NCBI RefSeq assembly: GCF_006345805.1
Contig: NC_043005.1
Span: forward strand, 53,444,001 to 53,508,000
From: Octopus sinensis
Taxonomy: Eukaryota
Length of the DNA: 64,000 bases
Reading direction: 5' to 3'
In this document: positions 11,870 to 24,886 of the stretch, piece by piece
How positions within the stretch are numbered: position 1 is the stretch's first letter
Layout of the letters: the number at the start of each line of letters is the position of its first letter
The notes under the pieces: model-generated
Seen by the model: only the letters and a program-made list of their open reading frames with translations
Told to the model about the DNA's origin: nothing
Databases searched by the model: none
Translations under genes and position numbers: made by a program

Positions 11870-12545
11870 TTATTTATAAGCAAGATAAGTATAACGCCGC
11901 CAATGGGGGCATCGAAAAGCCGACTGTAAAAGTCTGTTTACCATCCGGTCTCTGGCGAACAATATATGGAAGAGTTCGGAGACACAAAGGTTGCACTTCC
12001 TTCTGCCCCTATCAAATGCGAGGGCCACCGACAAAATTGACCATTCCAGCCTGTAGCTTGAGTTCGTTTTCTTCAATCGCCATATTAGCTTGCTAAGTCC
12101 CGTGGTCTGGCGTTTATTCATGTCTCGAAAAGTTGCGTAATGGTTGGAGATTCGTAAAGCCAATCTTGACGATGAGGCCCCGACATAAGCGTAGACATCT
12201 GAGTCCGTGTAAACCTTGCATTGGTAGACGGCGTTTCTGATCTTGGAGTTCGCCGACATGAATCTTATTCTGCTAGGATTAGTTTCTGAAATTAGAACTG
12301 CGTTACTGTCACTATATTTGTTGCGAGAACTGCAGCCGCTTACTACTTTATTTTCCACTACGTCACTGTTAACTAACGGAATAACCCCTGATTCTCCACT
12401 ATCTATCAGAGTGCTGTCATTGCTAGTGCCCGTGGTGCTGCTATTGCCGGAAACGATGCTGGGGTTGCTATTGGGACTCTCTACCCTAACGAGCCGAGCT
12501 GCGCTCACCTCACTACTGCCATTGTTACCGTCAACTACAACACCC
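11870..12545 (-). CDS. PLE C-terminal fragment: Ser/Asn-rich linker plus GIY-YIG endonuclease (5'-truncated)
   Basis: AVYQCKV...YVGASS..RISNHY.TF....TGLSKLIWRLK....LEWSIL....CNLCVSEL...N....CPH matches the PLE GIY-YIG pattern; no internal stop; start Met in ORF track comes from the inversion junction. Confidence 0.85.
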
Positions 12546-12840
12546 AGAAATTCCAAATATTACTCCACGGTTAACTCGCATAAAGTTAGGATAGCTTTCT
12601 CCAACACTAAAAACCTCGCCCAGATAATCGCCTCCCATAATAATAGGCTGCTTACTAAGACCCTATCACCTTTTTCCGGAGGCACAGCTTCTTCCGCTCC
12701 CGGTTTAATGCTCAGTAGGAATAATAATAGTAGTAATAATGATATGAGAGCCAGTACAGTGACTCATAATCTCAGCTCCAACCAGGGATTATATACTAGG
12801 GGTATAGTTATAAATAGGGGTGTTGTAGTTGACGGTAACA
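12543..12840 (+). pseudogene. Inverted fragment of the same PLE ORF (RT-EN linker)
   Basis: PRNSKYYSTVNSHKVRIAFSNTKNLAQIIASHNNRLL resembles the PLE KIFN..VKVSYSC..N...II..HN motif; the same sequence lies upstream in sense orientation in copy 2 (~53770-54070). Confidence 0.8.
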
Positions 12841-13081
12841 TATAATACATCTAATATTCTTTAAATAGTCAGAACTTTACTCTCGGTCACAAAGAACATC
12901 TACACACCCCGTGCCCTCACCCACCGGAATGACCGCTGCCTGACCCGTTAAAATCTTCAACGCACCCACCACCCGTTTTCAACATACACTGATAAACAGT
13001 TTGGCCATGGGCTCTTAGGAGCCTAGTTCGATTTGTTTTGCTCCGCCTCTGTTCTGTTTTTGATTTTTCCAACGGATTTCC

Positions 13082-13174
13082 TATTTCTTCCTGAAGAGAA
13101 AGACACAATATGGTCTCATTATTCAATCGGAATTTGGTAAATTGTGCCTTTCGAAACACGTGTAGAATGAAATA
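13082..13174 (+). ncRNA. Type I hammerhead ribozyme in PLE pLTR
   Basis: Stem I tatttc-ttc / gaa-t-gaaata; CTGAAGA 13091-13097; stem II gaaagacacaat/attgtgcctttc (11 of 12 paired); GAAAC 13153-13157; palindromic stem III ACACGTGT; GUA 13162-13164. Confidence 0.9.
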
Positions 13175-13220
13175 AAACGATTTCTGTTCAATCTTCGTTC
13201 AACTCCATTTCTTCAATTCA

Positions 13221-13321
<101 letters not shown>

Positions 13322-13357
13322 GCATATATGTATGAATATGTGTGTATATGTTTGTGC

Positions 13358-13562
13358 GTCTGTGTTTGCCCCCGCCTAACATCGCTTGACAACCCCGATG
13401 CTGGTGTGTTTAGGTCCACATAACTTAGCGGTTCGGCAAAAGAGACCGATAGAATAAGTACTAGGCTTACAAAGAATAAGTCCTGGGGACGATTTGGTCG
13501 ACTAAAGGCGGTGCTCCAGCATGGCCGCAGTCAAATGACTGAAGCAAGTAAACGTAAAAGAG
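13358..13562 (+). mobile_element. 3' half (tail) of composite SINE interrupted by PLE copy 1
   Basis: tgtgtttgccccc...catcgcttgacaacc..gatgctggtgtgttt...cttagcggttcggcaaaagagaccgatagaataagtac...ggcggtgctccagcatggccgcag. Confidence 0.75.
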
Positions 13563-14383
13563 GGTCAATGAATGCAGTATGAAGGAAATGAATATCTGAA
13601 TATGCTTGATAAAATTCGTCTGGAATAATTACATCTGCAACAAACGATAACTAATTTGTAGTTTACCGTCAGACATTTTAAGACATTTAAAAAAATTATG
13701 TAAAAGGATTCATTTACTTTAAAAGTAATCCCTTACCCAGAAAAAAAATAAATAAACGGCCCCAAAAATATAATAAATTTACGTGACATCAAAAATTGTT
13801 TGAGAAGTAGTGTACCTCAAACAAACCGTAATATATATACGTACATATGTATATATGTGTGTGTATGTATGTATACATGTGAGTGCGTGCGTGTGTGTGT
13901 ATGCCTGTAATTATAAGATAAGTGAACACATAATAATAGTAATAAGGCATCAAATAACGGCATCGTAAACAGTTTAATGAAACAAATTTAGATATATTTT
14001 ATTTAATATTGAGAAATTAAAAGAATCTTTAAATCCAGAACGATACGGGAGAAAAAGTTTTAATACGAAAGTTTCGTATTCATTGATACTGAAATTGGTG
14101 TTAAAGATTTAAAAAAAAAATAATAAAAGTAATAAATAGATAAAAATATTAATATAAAATACACAAAAATTTTGACTTTACTTCATTTTATTATCTACAT
14201 ATATTTTTCTTTTTAGTTTCTCTTTCTTTGGTTTGGCTATTCGTCCCAGAATACAGTTTGATACATGTACGAGGAAATTCTTTCCAAAAACTAAAGATAA
14301 ATTATATATAAAATAGTACAAAAATATGTGGCGTGAAGGGAAAAAAATTTAGCTGTAAAAGAATCATTTTTTATGTTTAAAAT

Positions 14384-14560
14384 TATCGGTCAACCAGTAC
14401 AAAATGTTCTTTATGAGCCAAATTTCTGATGAACCGGTGCAAATGGGTTTTATATGTTGACCAATAAAAAACAGTTTTTATGGCATTAGATGTCGGTCAA
14501 CCAATCAAAATGAATTTTACAAGTTATCTTTCAACTAATAAAAAATTGTTTTACGAGCAG
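14384..14560. repeat. Degenerate ~106-bp tandem duplication
   Basis: tcggtcaacca..caaaatg...caa(c)taataaaaaa...gtttta occurs twice. Confidence 0.45.
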
Positions 14561-14742
14561 AGTTATGGGTGAACTGATAAACTGATGAAAAAAAAATAGC
14601 AACAGCAGCTTACAAAACTACTAGCTGCCGTTTCATAATAATTCTCAAGGAAAATGGTCTGAGATGAATAGACATACAGTGCAGACATGGCTGTATATGT
14701 GCATACATAGATACAGTCATATCTACGTACATACAGATATTC

Positions 14743-14799
<57 letters not shown>

Positions 14800-15235
14800 C
14801 ATACATACATACACAAACAAAAATACACACACACACACATATATATGCCTATGAGTATATGCAATGAGCATCAGCTTTATGCTGTTGCTCGGAGTTTCGA
14901 GTGTTAAAACACGATAGTCAACATAAAACGTCCTCTAATTAACTGTCAGAATCCTTTAGAAGTCGTTACTTCTCTTTAGCAGCAGATACCAAGAAAGTCA
15001 ACTCTGAACTGACTAGCAAGTGAAGCTTCAATATTGATTACATTTTGGCTGACAAGCCGAAACAAAATCATGAGTTCCAACTCCTTTTTTTTTAACGTGA
15101 GAATGCTTTTTCCCCGCGTTAAATTGCACTGAAAAGCTGTTACCGGCTTCAAATACCCCACAGACTTATTTGAATTCGTCTTAAATTTATTTGCTGCCCG
15201 TCACCGCTTCGCATGTCAACTCTCCATGTACAAAA

Positions 15236-15292
<57 letters not shown>

Positions 15293-17544
15293 ACACACAC
15301 ATACACACAACCACGCACGCACGACCGTTGGCACGTACGAACGCACGCATGTATGTATGTATTTATGTTTGTGTATATCGATGTACATCCACATATACTT
15401 ATTTCTATGTATATGCCGGTACGAATTTGTATGTATGTATATATATATGAATATATATATATATACTCGCACAAAGGGGAGTTGGTTGTTTCAGTCGATC
15501 AGTGTGAATTCAGTAAACATTTGTAAACTGGAGGCGATGTAGAAGACCATTATCCAACGAGGAACGTTTGAGGCAAATATCTTAACGATACAACCTTACC
15601 TGTTAGCGTACTAAATGAAAGCCCTATATTTGAATAGATTACAAATATTTCATTTGTTTTTTTCTGCACAACCTGCGTAACATCTTTGATGGCCAAGCAG
15701 ATAATCTTCCATCGGTTGAAATGGAGACCATGAAGTATGTATAATCTGAACGATATTGGGCAGTACAAAATTGGACGGTATCAATTTCTCCTGTTGCCAT
15801 TTAATCGGATGATGAACAGTTAAGGAAAGACAGAAACTGCCCAAAATGGTGATGTATTTAATCGCATTGATATTGCTTGTAGCTATCATTCGTGCTGAAA
15901 CTTTCCAAATTCTCTAAATGTTTCAAATGTGCTGTTTTTTAATTATAACGATTTTAATTATTCGATTTATTGATTTTTTTTTACGTTTGAAGATCATAAT
16001 TATCATTATAATAATTATAATGCTTCTTTAAGTTTGCTTACAAAATGTAAACCATAATACTTCATAAAGTTTTATTCGTGAATGGGAAATATATTTAAAG
16101 TATTTAGTACACGTAGGTAGTAAACTTTGTTTGTGTGAAAGACTTAAACGTCTGGTCCCTTGAATGTTTTTTTGCTGAATTCAGGCTGATGCAAGATATC
16201 AGGTCTGTTCTTCAGTTTAAGGATGGCTTCCTCTTTTCCTTCTAGAATTCTTAGAAGCTATGAAAAAATGTTATGAATATTTGCGTTAGAGAGCGGATTC
16301 CCTAAAGCTCGTAAAGGCCAAGTGACTTTATAGAAAAGAGAGAGAGGAAGAGGTAGGGAAAGAGAGAGAGAGAGAGTTTAGAACTTCAACCTCTAACAGG
16401 AAAGTTCCCTTGCATGGGCTGCCACAGCTCGCAAAATATTTTGTATATTTAAAATGTGGAGCAACTGAATGGAAGAGATTTCATCAAAAATATAGTTTAA
16501 TTAGTGGTGACGAAATAAATATCATACTTTTCATTGTATATTATCATCTCGAGTGTTCCAACCAGTATATCTTATGATATAATGATATATATGTATATAT
16601 GATATATGATTTATACCTATAAATATAAACATACATATATACGCACACAACACATATAAATACACGCACACATATACAGAGATCAGTAGATACACATCTA
16701 TTCATACATGTATACATACCGATATACATATATATATGTATGCATGTATGTATATATCTATGTACACCTGTACGCGCGCACGTGTGTGTATGTATGTGTG
16801 TGGATACGTGTGTGTGTATGTGTGTGTGTATGTACACAACTGAAAATACTAATTAACATCAAGCCACATAAAGGTGGATAACATTACACTTGAGAGAGAT
16901 TAATATACTTCTAGGAAATTTGGTTGATGTTTTTAATTGAAGATTAAGAAGCAGCTAGCTTTCAATGACCTACATTTTATAGTTATGTTTCCCAGTAGGA
17001 GAACATAAGTCAAGACGCTTGATTATGTTCCTGACCATTCTCTAGAATTTCACCTCAAGACAAGAATTACTAATGGATTCCTATAAATTTTAACAAATTA
17101 GTTTCAACAATGCAACTTTCAGAATAACACGGCTGAAGGATATTAAATGGAATTGTTAGGTTTTGCATGATGTGTATGGAAATCTAACAGAAAGAGCAAA
17201 GCAAATTACATTTAGATTATTGATTCTGAATGATTCTTTGCTAAATAACAGACTTATTTATATATGCACAAAGTAAAACATTTGAGAAATTATTTCAAGA
17301 AACACAGTAGACAACTTTAATAAAGTTGTTTTTTTTTTTTTTGTTTCTTCACTCAAGTCATGCATGATCTAGAAAAATGTTTCTTTACTTGGGTGTTAGT
17401 AGAATGTTGTAGACGTCGTAACATCACAACAGAGTGTTATGGGAGGTGCTGCGTATATAGACCGTTTGTGATCTTACCTTTTTTCTCGCGAAATAAAATA
17501 AAACACTTGTATTATCTTTGATCCTTTATCTTTATCTGTTGCAA

Positions 17545-17815
17545 TCACTAGACTGTGGTCATGCTGGGGCAACACCATGAAAAACGTTTAGTCGAGTGAA
17601 TCGAACCCAGTTCTTCTTCTTCTTCTTCTTCTTCTTCTTCTTCTTCTTCTTCTTTCTTCTTCTTCTTCTCTTCTTCTTCTTCTTCTTCTTCTTCTGTTAA
17701 GCCTGGTACTTATTCTATCGCTTTTTATCGAGCTGCTAAGTTGTAGAGACGTTAACAAGCCTACATCAGTTGTTAAGCAGGTTAGGGTGGATAAACATAG
17801 ATACAGAGACACACT
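17545..17815 (-). mobile_element. Composite SINE tail interrupted by (CTT)n
   Basis: catgctgggg...tttagtcga...ctggtacttattctatcg...gctaagtt; (TTC)n at ~17612-17694. Confidence 0.55.
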
Positions 17816-17816
17816 C

Positions 17817-17863
<47 letters not shown>

Positions 17864-18004
17864 CAATTAAGATTCAAGTAAATTCCAATGAATTTACTTG
17901 AATGTGGTACTTAACTTAGATGCACCAGAAAAACTATATGGTGTTAACCATACAGTAATGTGGGGTGATTATAAACGAGAAAGAAGCAACAAGAATGGAT
18001 TAGT

Positions 18005-18095
18005 TTTTAGTACAATTGTTTCATACAAAGACAGGCTTTATTACAAGTTGCAAAAATTGCAGCAGATAAAAGTGTCCCGTACTCATCAGCTAAAA
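18005..18095 (-). ncRNA. Type I hammerhead ribozyme
   Basis: tcatcag 18083-18089; gtttc 18018-18022; tac 18011-18013; stem I ttttag/ctaaaa. Confidence 0.8.
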
Positions 18096-18429
18096 TACAT
18101 ATGAGTTCTCCAGACATCTTAGTGGGTGAGGTTATACTCATGAAATATTGGAGATAATTCCATTAAAGGCAGATATAGGTTGTAAACAGTTTTCCAAAGT
18201 TCCTTAATGATGATGCACAGTCTTATCACAGATTTTTAAAAACTTATTAGTTTCAAAGAGAAGATGAATTAATTAAAAATAAGTTTTTTAAAATCTGTGA
18301 TAAGACTGTGCATCATCATTAAGGAACTTTGGAAAACTGTTTACAACCTATATCTGCTTTAATGGAATTATCTCCAATATTTCATGAGTATAACCTCACC
18401 CACTAAGATGTCTGGAGAACTCATATGTA

Positions 18430-18505
18430 TTTTAGCTGATGAGTACGGAACACTTTTATCTGCTTGTAATAAAGCCTGTCTTTGTATGAAACAATTGTAC
18501 TAAAA
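18430..18505 (+). ncRNA. Type I hammerhead ribozyme
   Basis: Stem I ttttag/ctaaaa; CTGATGA 18436-18442; stem II gtac/gtat; GAAA 18488-18491; palindromic stem III ACAATTGT; GUA 18497-18499. Confidence 0.85.
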
Positions 18506-18532
18506 ACTAATCCATTCTTGTTGCTTCTTTCT

Positions 18533-18571
<39 letters not shown>

Positions 18572-18795
18572 AGATCGAATATTAAAAGTTGAGGATTAAC
18601 AATCAAACAAACATTAAAAATAGTAATGACAAAACAACAAAATGAATTACACATGGAATATATTAATTCAACGTTCGGTAAAGTTGAAAGAGTGGGTTTT
18701 TAACATTTCGAGCGTAGCTTTTCTTCTAAAAGGAGAACGGAAAGTCCAGGGAATGAAAATATTTCACAAACAGCACGTGTGTGATTACACACACA

Positions 18796-18949
18796 CAGGG
18801 TATCTAGAAAATTTTCGCCCGATTTTCATTTTATTGTACATTGTTTCATTCGTAGTAATTATTCAAAATTTTTCTATACAACAAAATTAACTGAGAAACC
18901 TACAATACTTTTCAAAATAAGAAACGGGCGAAACTTTTTGGATACCCTG
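18796..18949. mobile_element. Tc1/mariner-type MITE
   Basis: ~26-bp imperfect TIRs cagggtatctagaaaattttcgcccg / cgggcgaaactttttggataccctg, followed by TA. Confidence 0.7.
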
Positions 18950-18954
18950 TATAT

Positions 18955-19120
18955 ATACGACGGGGATTTTTTGATTACGTCTACCAAATCCACCAACAAG
19001 GATTTGGTCGGTTCGAAGCCATAATGGAGGACATTTGCTCGAGGTGCCACACAGTGGGACTGTGAACCCGGAACCATTGAACCATGTCAGTGAGAAGCAA
19101 GCTTTTAACCGCTTAACCAT
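18955..19120 (-). mobile_element. Composite SINE head/core
   Basis: Reverse complement of the 10648-10803 type (gtgccacacagtgggactgtgaacccggaacc). Confidence 0.65.
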
Positions 19121-19269
19121 GTATGCACCTATATTGTAAGCACAGTGAAGTCATATCTTCGTTTGTACTCCACTGGTGCTGCAAGAAGTGTAAAAGATGG
19201 TTTTAACTGGCACGTCATACGTATTCAGATGAGTATTGTCGCTGTGAAAACGATGCCCACCCATTCCTT

Positions 19270-19491
19270 TATTCTTTTATTTGAGTGCGGCCATGCTGGA
19301 GCACTGCCTTTTTTTAGTCGAAGAAATTTACCCCTTGTACTCTCGGTCTCTTTTGCCGAGCCGCTAAATAACGTGGACGTAAACACACCAGCATCGGTTG
19401 TCAAGCGATGGTGGTTGGGTGACAAACACAGACACGCAAACATACACACACACACACGCGCACACAAACAAACACACACACAAACAAACAG

Positions 19492-19535
<44 letters not shown>

Positions 19536-19670
19536 CCACAACGGGCTTCTTTCAGTTTCCGTTTCACCAAATCCACTCATAAGGCTTTGTACGGCTGGAG
19601 GCTATAGTAGAAGACATTACTGCAGGTGCCACGCAGTGGGACTAAACTCGGAACCATGTGGTTGGGAAGC
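19270..19670 (-). mobile_element. Complete composite SINE (head - internal microsatellite - tail)
   Basis: Head 19540-19670, (CA)/(TA) tract ~19440-19535, tail 19270-19435. Confidence 0.75.
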
Positions 19671-19879
19671 AAGTTTCTTACCACACAGCCACTCCTGCGC
19701 CCATGTAATTTTTTTCACATAACTTCATTTCACTTTGAAAATGAACAATGCGGTGTGTTTAATTTAATGGCCTATCAATGTATACACTTAGCTTCTTTGC
19801 CATTAATGTCGAGAAGACATACGACAAAAAATAGAAACAAAAACTGAAAGAAAAAAAATCTCATACAAATAATAATTTC

Positions 19880-20085
19880 AAGTTCTGGCACAAGGCCAGC
19901 AATATTGGGGTAGGGGTAGGTCCATTACATTGCCCCCACCACCACCACCACCACCAGCGTTCAAATGGTAATTAAAGTCGACCTCGGTGGAATTTGAAAA
20001 CACAACGTAAAACACGAAATGCCGCTACGCATTTTGACCGGCGAGCTAACGATTCTGACAGCTCTCCGCCTTAACTCATGATACC

Positions 20086-20119
<34 letters not shown>

Positions 20120-20310
20120 GTAAAAACAACAACAACAGTAATAATCCTTTCTACTAGAGGCACAAGACCTAAAATTACATCGACCGCAGGGTTTCACTGG
20201 TACTTAATCTATCGACCCCCAAAAGGATGAAAGTCGACCTCGGCGGAATTTGAACACAGACCGCAGTGACGGACGAAATGCCGCTAAGCTACCGATTCTG
20301 CCAGCTCACC
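19880..20310 (-). mobile_element. Two tandem tRNA-derived SINE copies separated by (ATA)n
   Basis: gtcgacctcggtggaatttgaa core at ~19977 and ~20234; heads ending cagctc(t/a)ccgcctt. Confidence 0.7.
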
Positions 20311-20324
20311 GCCTTAATAATAAC

Positions 20325-20358
<34 letters not shown>

Positions 20359-21629
20359 GTAATAATAATAACAATAGTAATAACAACAACAACAACAACA
20401 ACAACAGTATGAAAACAACATTAATATCACACGGCGCCAATTTGTTCTTCACAGATATAAGATTTGAGATTTGTCCCTTGATGTTTCAGTACAAACACGG
20501 GAACATTTTGGGATTGAATCCAAATGGCCGAGTATAGTTTGTCAGTAGACTGTTTGTAGATAACATTTCGTATGTATACACATGCATGATTATCATAACA
20601 GTTGGGTGTAGATATTTAGAAAAAAATAACAATTAGGCCTCTGAGTTTTACCAGATACATCTATCCTCAAATCCCTGTTTCTCTGTCTCTCAGTCTATTT
20701 GTATATGTATGTATGTATCTGTCTCACTAGCCTCGTATTTATTTGTATATACATACTCATACACTCAAACACTTATGTATATAACTTTTTACACACTTAT
20801 ATCAAAATTTTCTATACACCACAATTACACGTACATATATACTCCTTTTGCTTATAGTAGAAAAAGAAGGAAAACTACAACCATAGCAGCAGCTGATATT
20901 TTGGTGGCGTTATTATGGAACTATTTATTTATCATGTTGAAGAGTTTATGATAAGTATGTTTAGTAGTGAAGTTCTATTCTTCATCTATCAAAGGTAGAA
21001 AATTTTGTTACCTTAGAGTATAATTTCATACTAGACGGTAGGCCGAACCAAATGAATGCTTTTTGTTCTAGTTTTTCTATGTTTATTGTGCTCGCATTTT
21101 CTTAATGTATTGCAATGTTTCTTTAAATTTACCTGTTTATAATAATCAACAGCATGTTTGAATGATATTTTGTTGGATGATGTATGGAAATTTTTTCTTC
21201 CAGTGTTACAGACTTGTGTTATTTTATGACTGTAAATGGTTTGTTAAAATTTATATTAACGTGTAGTGCATTTTCAATCGGCTTTTACAGAGTGGCACTA
21301 ATCAACGATTAAGTCCAAGATGGAAATGTTTACGTTAGTTCGAATTTGAGTTCGTATTCTTTAAATCGTCCTATTAGAATTGCTTTCGCTTTTTAGATTT
21401 TAGGGAGTTGAAATTGCTTTGTAACATTCCTAGAATATCCTTCTTCACTGTCTAATTCATTTTGGTCTCATCGTAGTTACAAGTGCTATATGTAGTTTAT
21501 CGATTCAGTTTTCATTTAAACAGTTATTAGGGGGGGGGGAGAAATAACTTTTTTATGTTATTATAATACTTTATCGTTAATATAATGATAAAGCATTATA
21601 ATACTTTATCATTAATATCGATTTCAAAT

Positions 21630-21840
21630 TCAGGTACCAGGCCAATATTTGGCGGGAGCAAGTCAATTGTTTATATCAACTCAAGTACATATTTTACTGG
21701 TACATATTTTACAGACCCCAAAAAGATGAAAGGCATAGTCGACTTCGTCGGTATTTGAACCCAAACCGTAAAAACGTTCGAAAAGTCGCATAGCATTTTA
21801 CCCGGTTTCGTCGCAATCCTGTCAGCTCGTCGCCTCCTTA
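21630..21840 (-). mobile_element. tRNA-derived SINE (diverged)
   Basis: aaaggcatagtcgacttcgtcggtatttgaaccc...cagctcgtcgcctcc. Confidence 0.6.
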
Positions 21841-22522
21841 ACACTAATATCAACGTCTCGAATGGGTGTGAATAATTTTGTCAAAATTTAAAAGGTTCTG
21901 AGAGAGTAGGGTTCAAATAATAGATGGATAATATTCTGCAATGTCAATTTCGTTGAATGTCGAACGTATTTCATATCATTTTATTTTTTTGCCACTAAAC
22001 ATTTTTTTATTATTGTTAATTTATTATTTTTTTTTTGGTAAATGTAACAATCATAATCCAGGGAAGCTAAGGTTTGTGACTTGACTCATTTTCAAATTGA
22101 TTACATCAAGGATACGTTGACTTACAGTATCTAGACCGGCTTTCGAGAACGTTTTTAATCTACATCTCGAGAACACTAAAAAAAAAAAGAAAAAAAATTC
22201 AGCAATGACTCAATAGGATTCTGTTACTACTTAGTACGACTGTCATCTCGGGTTGCTAGTATTTCTGCTTCCACGATTGCCAAATGTAAATTCTTCACCT
22301 CTCCTCAAACGCGCTCAATGAACACATATTCATACCCTCTTCATGCTTTGCGTGCCTCACGATACCTTGAAGTCAAAGCTGTTGTGGCTATGTTACTTTA
22401 TGACAATATGGGTAAGAAACATTATCTTACGTACCAGTTTATAAAAAATTTCAAAGGAGTACTAAATGAGTTGGCTATGTGTCACGTGATAGGTGTGCAC
22501 TCATCTCAAGTTTATACACATG

Positions 22523-22561
<39 letters not shown>

Positions 22562-23773
22562 AGAGAGAGAGATAGAGATAGAGAGAGAGAAATACTCATC
22601 ATATATTCTTTATATGTATTTGGGGGTATATATGCATATGCACATGTGTGTGTGAGTATGTATGCTTGCATGAATATATATGTATTTGTGCATACCCACA
22701 CACACATATGTATACATGTACAAACATAAAAATTTATATACCTGAGTGTTACGTATACCATCCAGACGTACACACGCACAAATAACCTTGATGCCTGGTC
22801 GTATTCCAATCCTCATTGTTAGAACTCTTAAACAAATGAATGGATATATGAACGCATTGAATGAATGCAAATGTGATAAGAGATTTCAATTACTGCAATA
22901 GAGAATATGCGAGTTCAAATCTTGTAATAGTACGTATTATATCTTTATATATTATATTAACTCTCTTTCTCTCTCCTCAAGGATATATGCCGTTGCAAGG
23001 CTTTTTATTTCATTTCCATTAGGGAGCATACCTAATTTGGATATATGCCAGTTCTTAATTTGTCAGAAGTGATGCTTGTAATAGTAAGGTAGGTGAGCAC
23101 ACACAGGTTAAAATTGGTCAAAATAAGCAAGAGATACAGTTAGTGAATGGTGCGTGTATGTATGTTTATCGCGTATGTACGCGAGTGTATTTATTTATGT
23201 ATGTATGCGTTTGCGAACATGAGTGTCCGTAAGAAGCCATGTAATATATAGAAATATGTTATCTGCAAGTAATTCAACTTTGACAAAGAAGTCAGCTGCA
23301 AGATGTTTATATTACAGGCAAGGAGTAATAGCTTCCGGCTTCTTAGCAGACACACTATGTTCAAGCAAAACTGATAGTAGGAAATCTGTTTACTGGTTCT
23401 GTCAGCGAATAGACATTCTAATGACAGTTATGACATGGCATTCAGGTGACATACAGCACGATAAACCTAGAGTATGGCTGAAAAACACATCATTCATCTG
23501 ATTGGAATGACAGAAAAGTGGGGAGACAGAGAGTGACCGGAGAGGTGAAGAATGAAGGAGCAATTCCAAAGTAATGACTTGTTTTATTAGAATAAATAAC
23601 TCGTATGACAAACTTGACATATTCCTATGTTTTGATGTCTATTCCTTAAACCATACCTGCTGATTGTAACAGAGGTACAAGATAAGATAGCTGTTTTGCA
23701 ATGGAAAAACTTCGAAAGAATAATTCACAATTGCTCTCACCTACCCACAGTCTCACACTGTCTCTCTCTCTCA

Positions 23774-23817
<44 letters not shown>

Positions 23818-24087
23818 TCTTACTCACACGGATCTCCGTGTTTGCTTTCTTTTCTCTACGTCTGTGTGTGGCAGGTGTGTACATAAACATCTCTAATCTA
23901 TATGTATATATATGTTATATATATATATATTATTTATATATATATATATATATACATACATATATATATATATATATTTATATATGTATATATATATACA
24001 TACATATATATTATAATACATATATCTACACATCACACACCATATACATATACATACACACGCACACACACATATATATATACATAT

Positions 24088-24134
<47 letters not shown>

Positions 24135-24298
24135 TACATGCATACACACACTCATATACGGATACATATACATACATTCATAAAAATCAATATGTATGTA
24201 TCTACCTACATACGAATCTCTCTGTTTTTCACTCTCTCTTCTCTCTCTGTCTCTGTCTCTGTCTGTCTCTGTCTGTCTGTCTGTTTCTCTCTCTCTCT

Positions 24299-24363
<65 letters not shown>

Positions 24364-24816
24364 GAATACATATGCAGGTGTACGTATGTGTCATGTACAC
24401 ACACATACACACACGCACACTCTTACACTCATACAGAACTAATGATCTTACATCTACTTCCCTGTCAGCACCTGATTCTCTCCTTAATCTTTTTACTCCT
24501 TTAGTTATATATTTCCTTATTTTGATTTTTCATTGCATTTATACTGTTTCCTGGTGAAATGCTTATTATTTCTGTATGGCAGTAATTGATGTATTTGTCT
24601 TCATTAATAAATACATATACACATACATACACACTTGCCTATACTTGCACATGAATGTGTGCATGTATATATACCTACGCATATACACACACACAAATAC
24701 CCGCACGCAGACATTTACATATGGGGTTTAGGGGTGAATGTATTGTATACACAAACTTATATATGCAGAGATAGATATTCACTTAATATCTATCTATCTA
24801 TCTGTCTGTCTGTCTA

Positions 24817-24886
<70 letters not shown>

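Larger units (their letters stand above)
17978..18532. mobile_element. Non-coding mini-palindrome with two outward-facing hammerheads
   Basis: Arms 17978-18248 and 18278-18532, ~29-bp spacer; arms differ by a 15-nt indel and a few substitutions; (TA)n at 17818-17858 and 18535-18568. Confidence 0.85.

Noticed and set aside
12243-12845. 200-aa + ORF (and 53513-53887, start of 54016-54498) as a hydrophobic membrane protein
   Set aside because: Antisense shadow of the PLE endonuclease frame fused at the inversion junction to the flipped linker
23223-23640. Possible host exon
   Set aside because: No recognisable motif or convincing splice pair in either orientation
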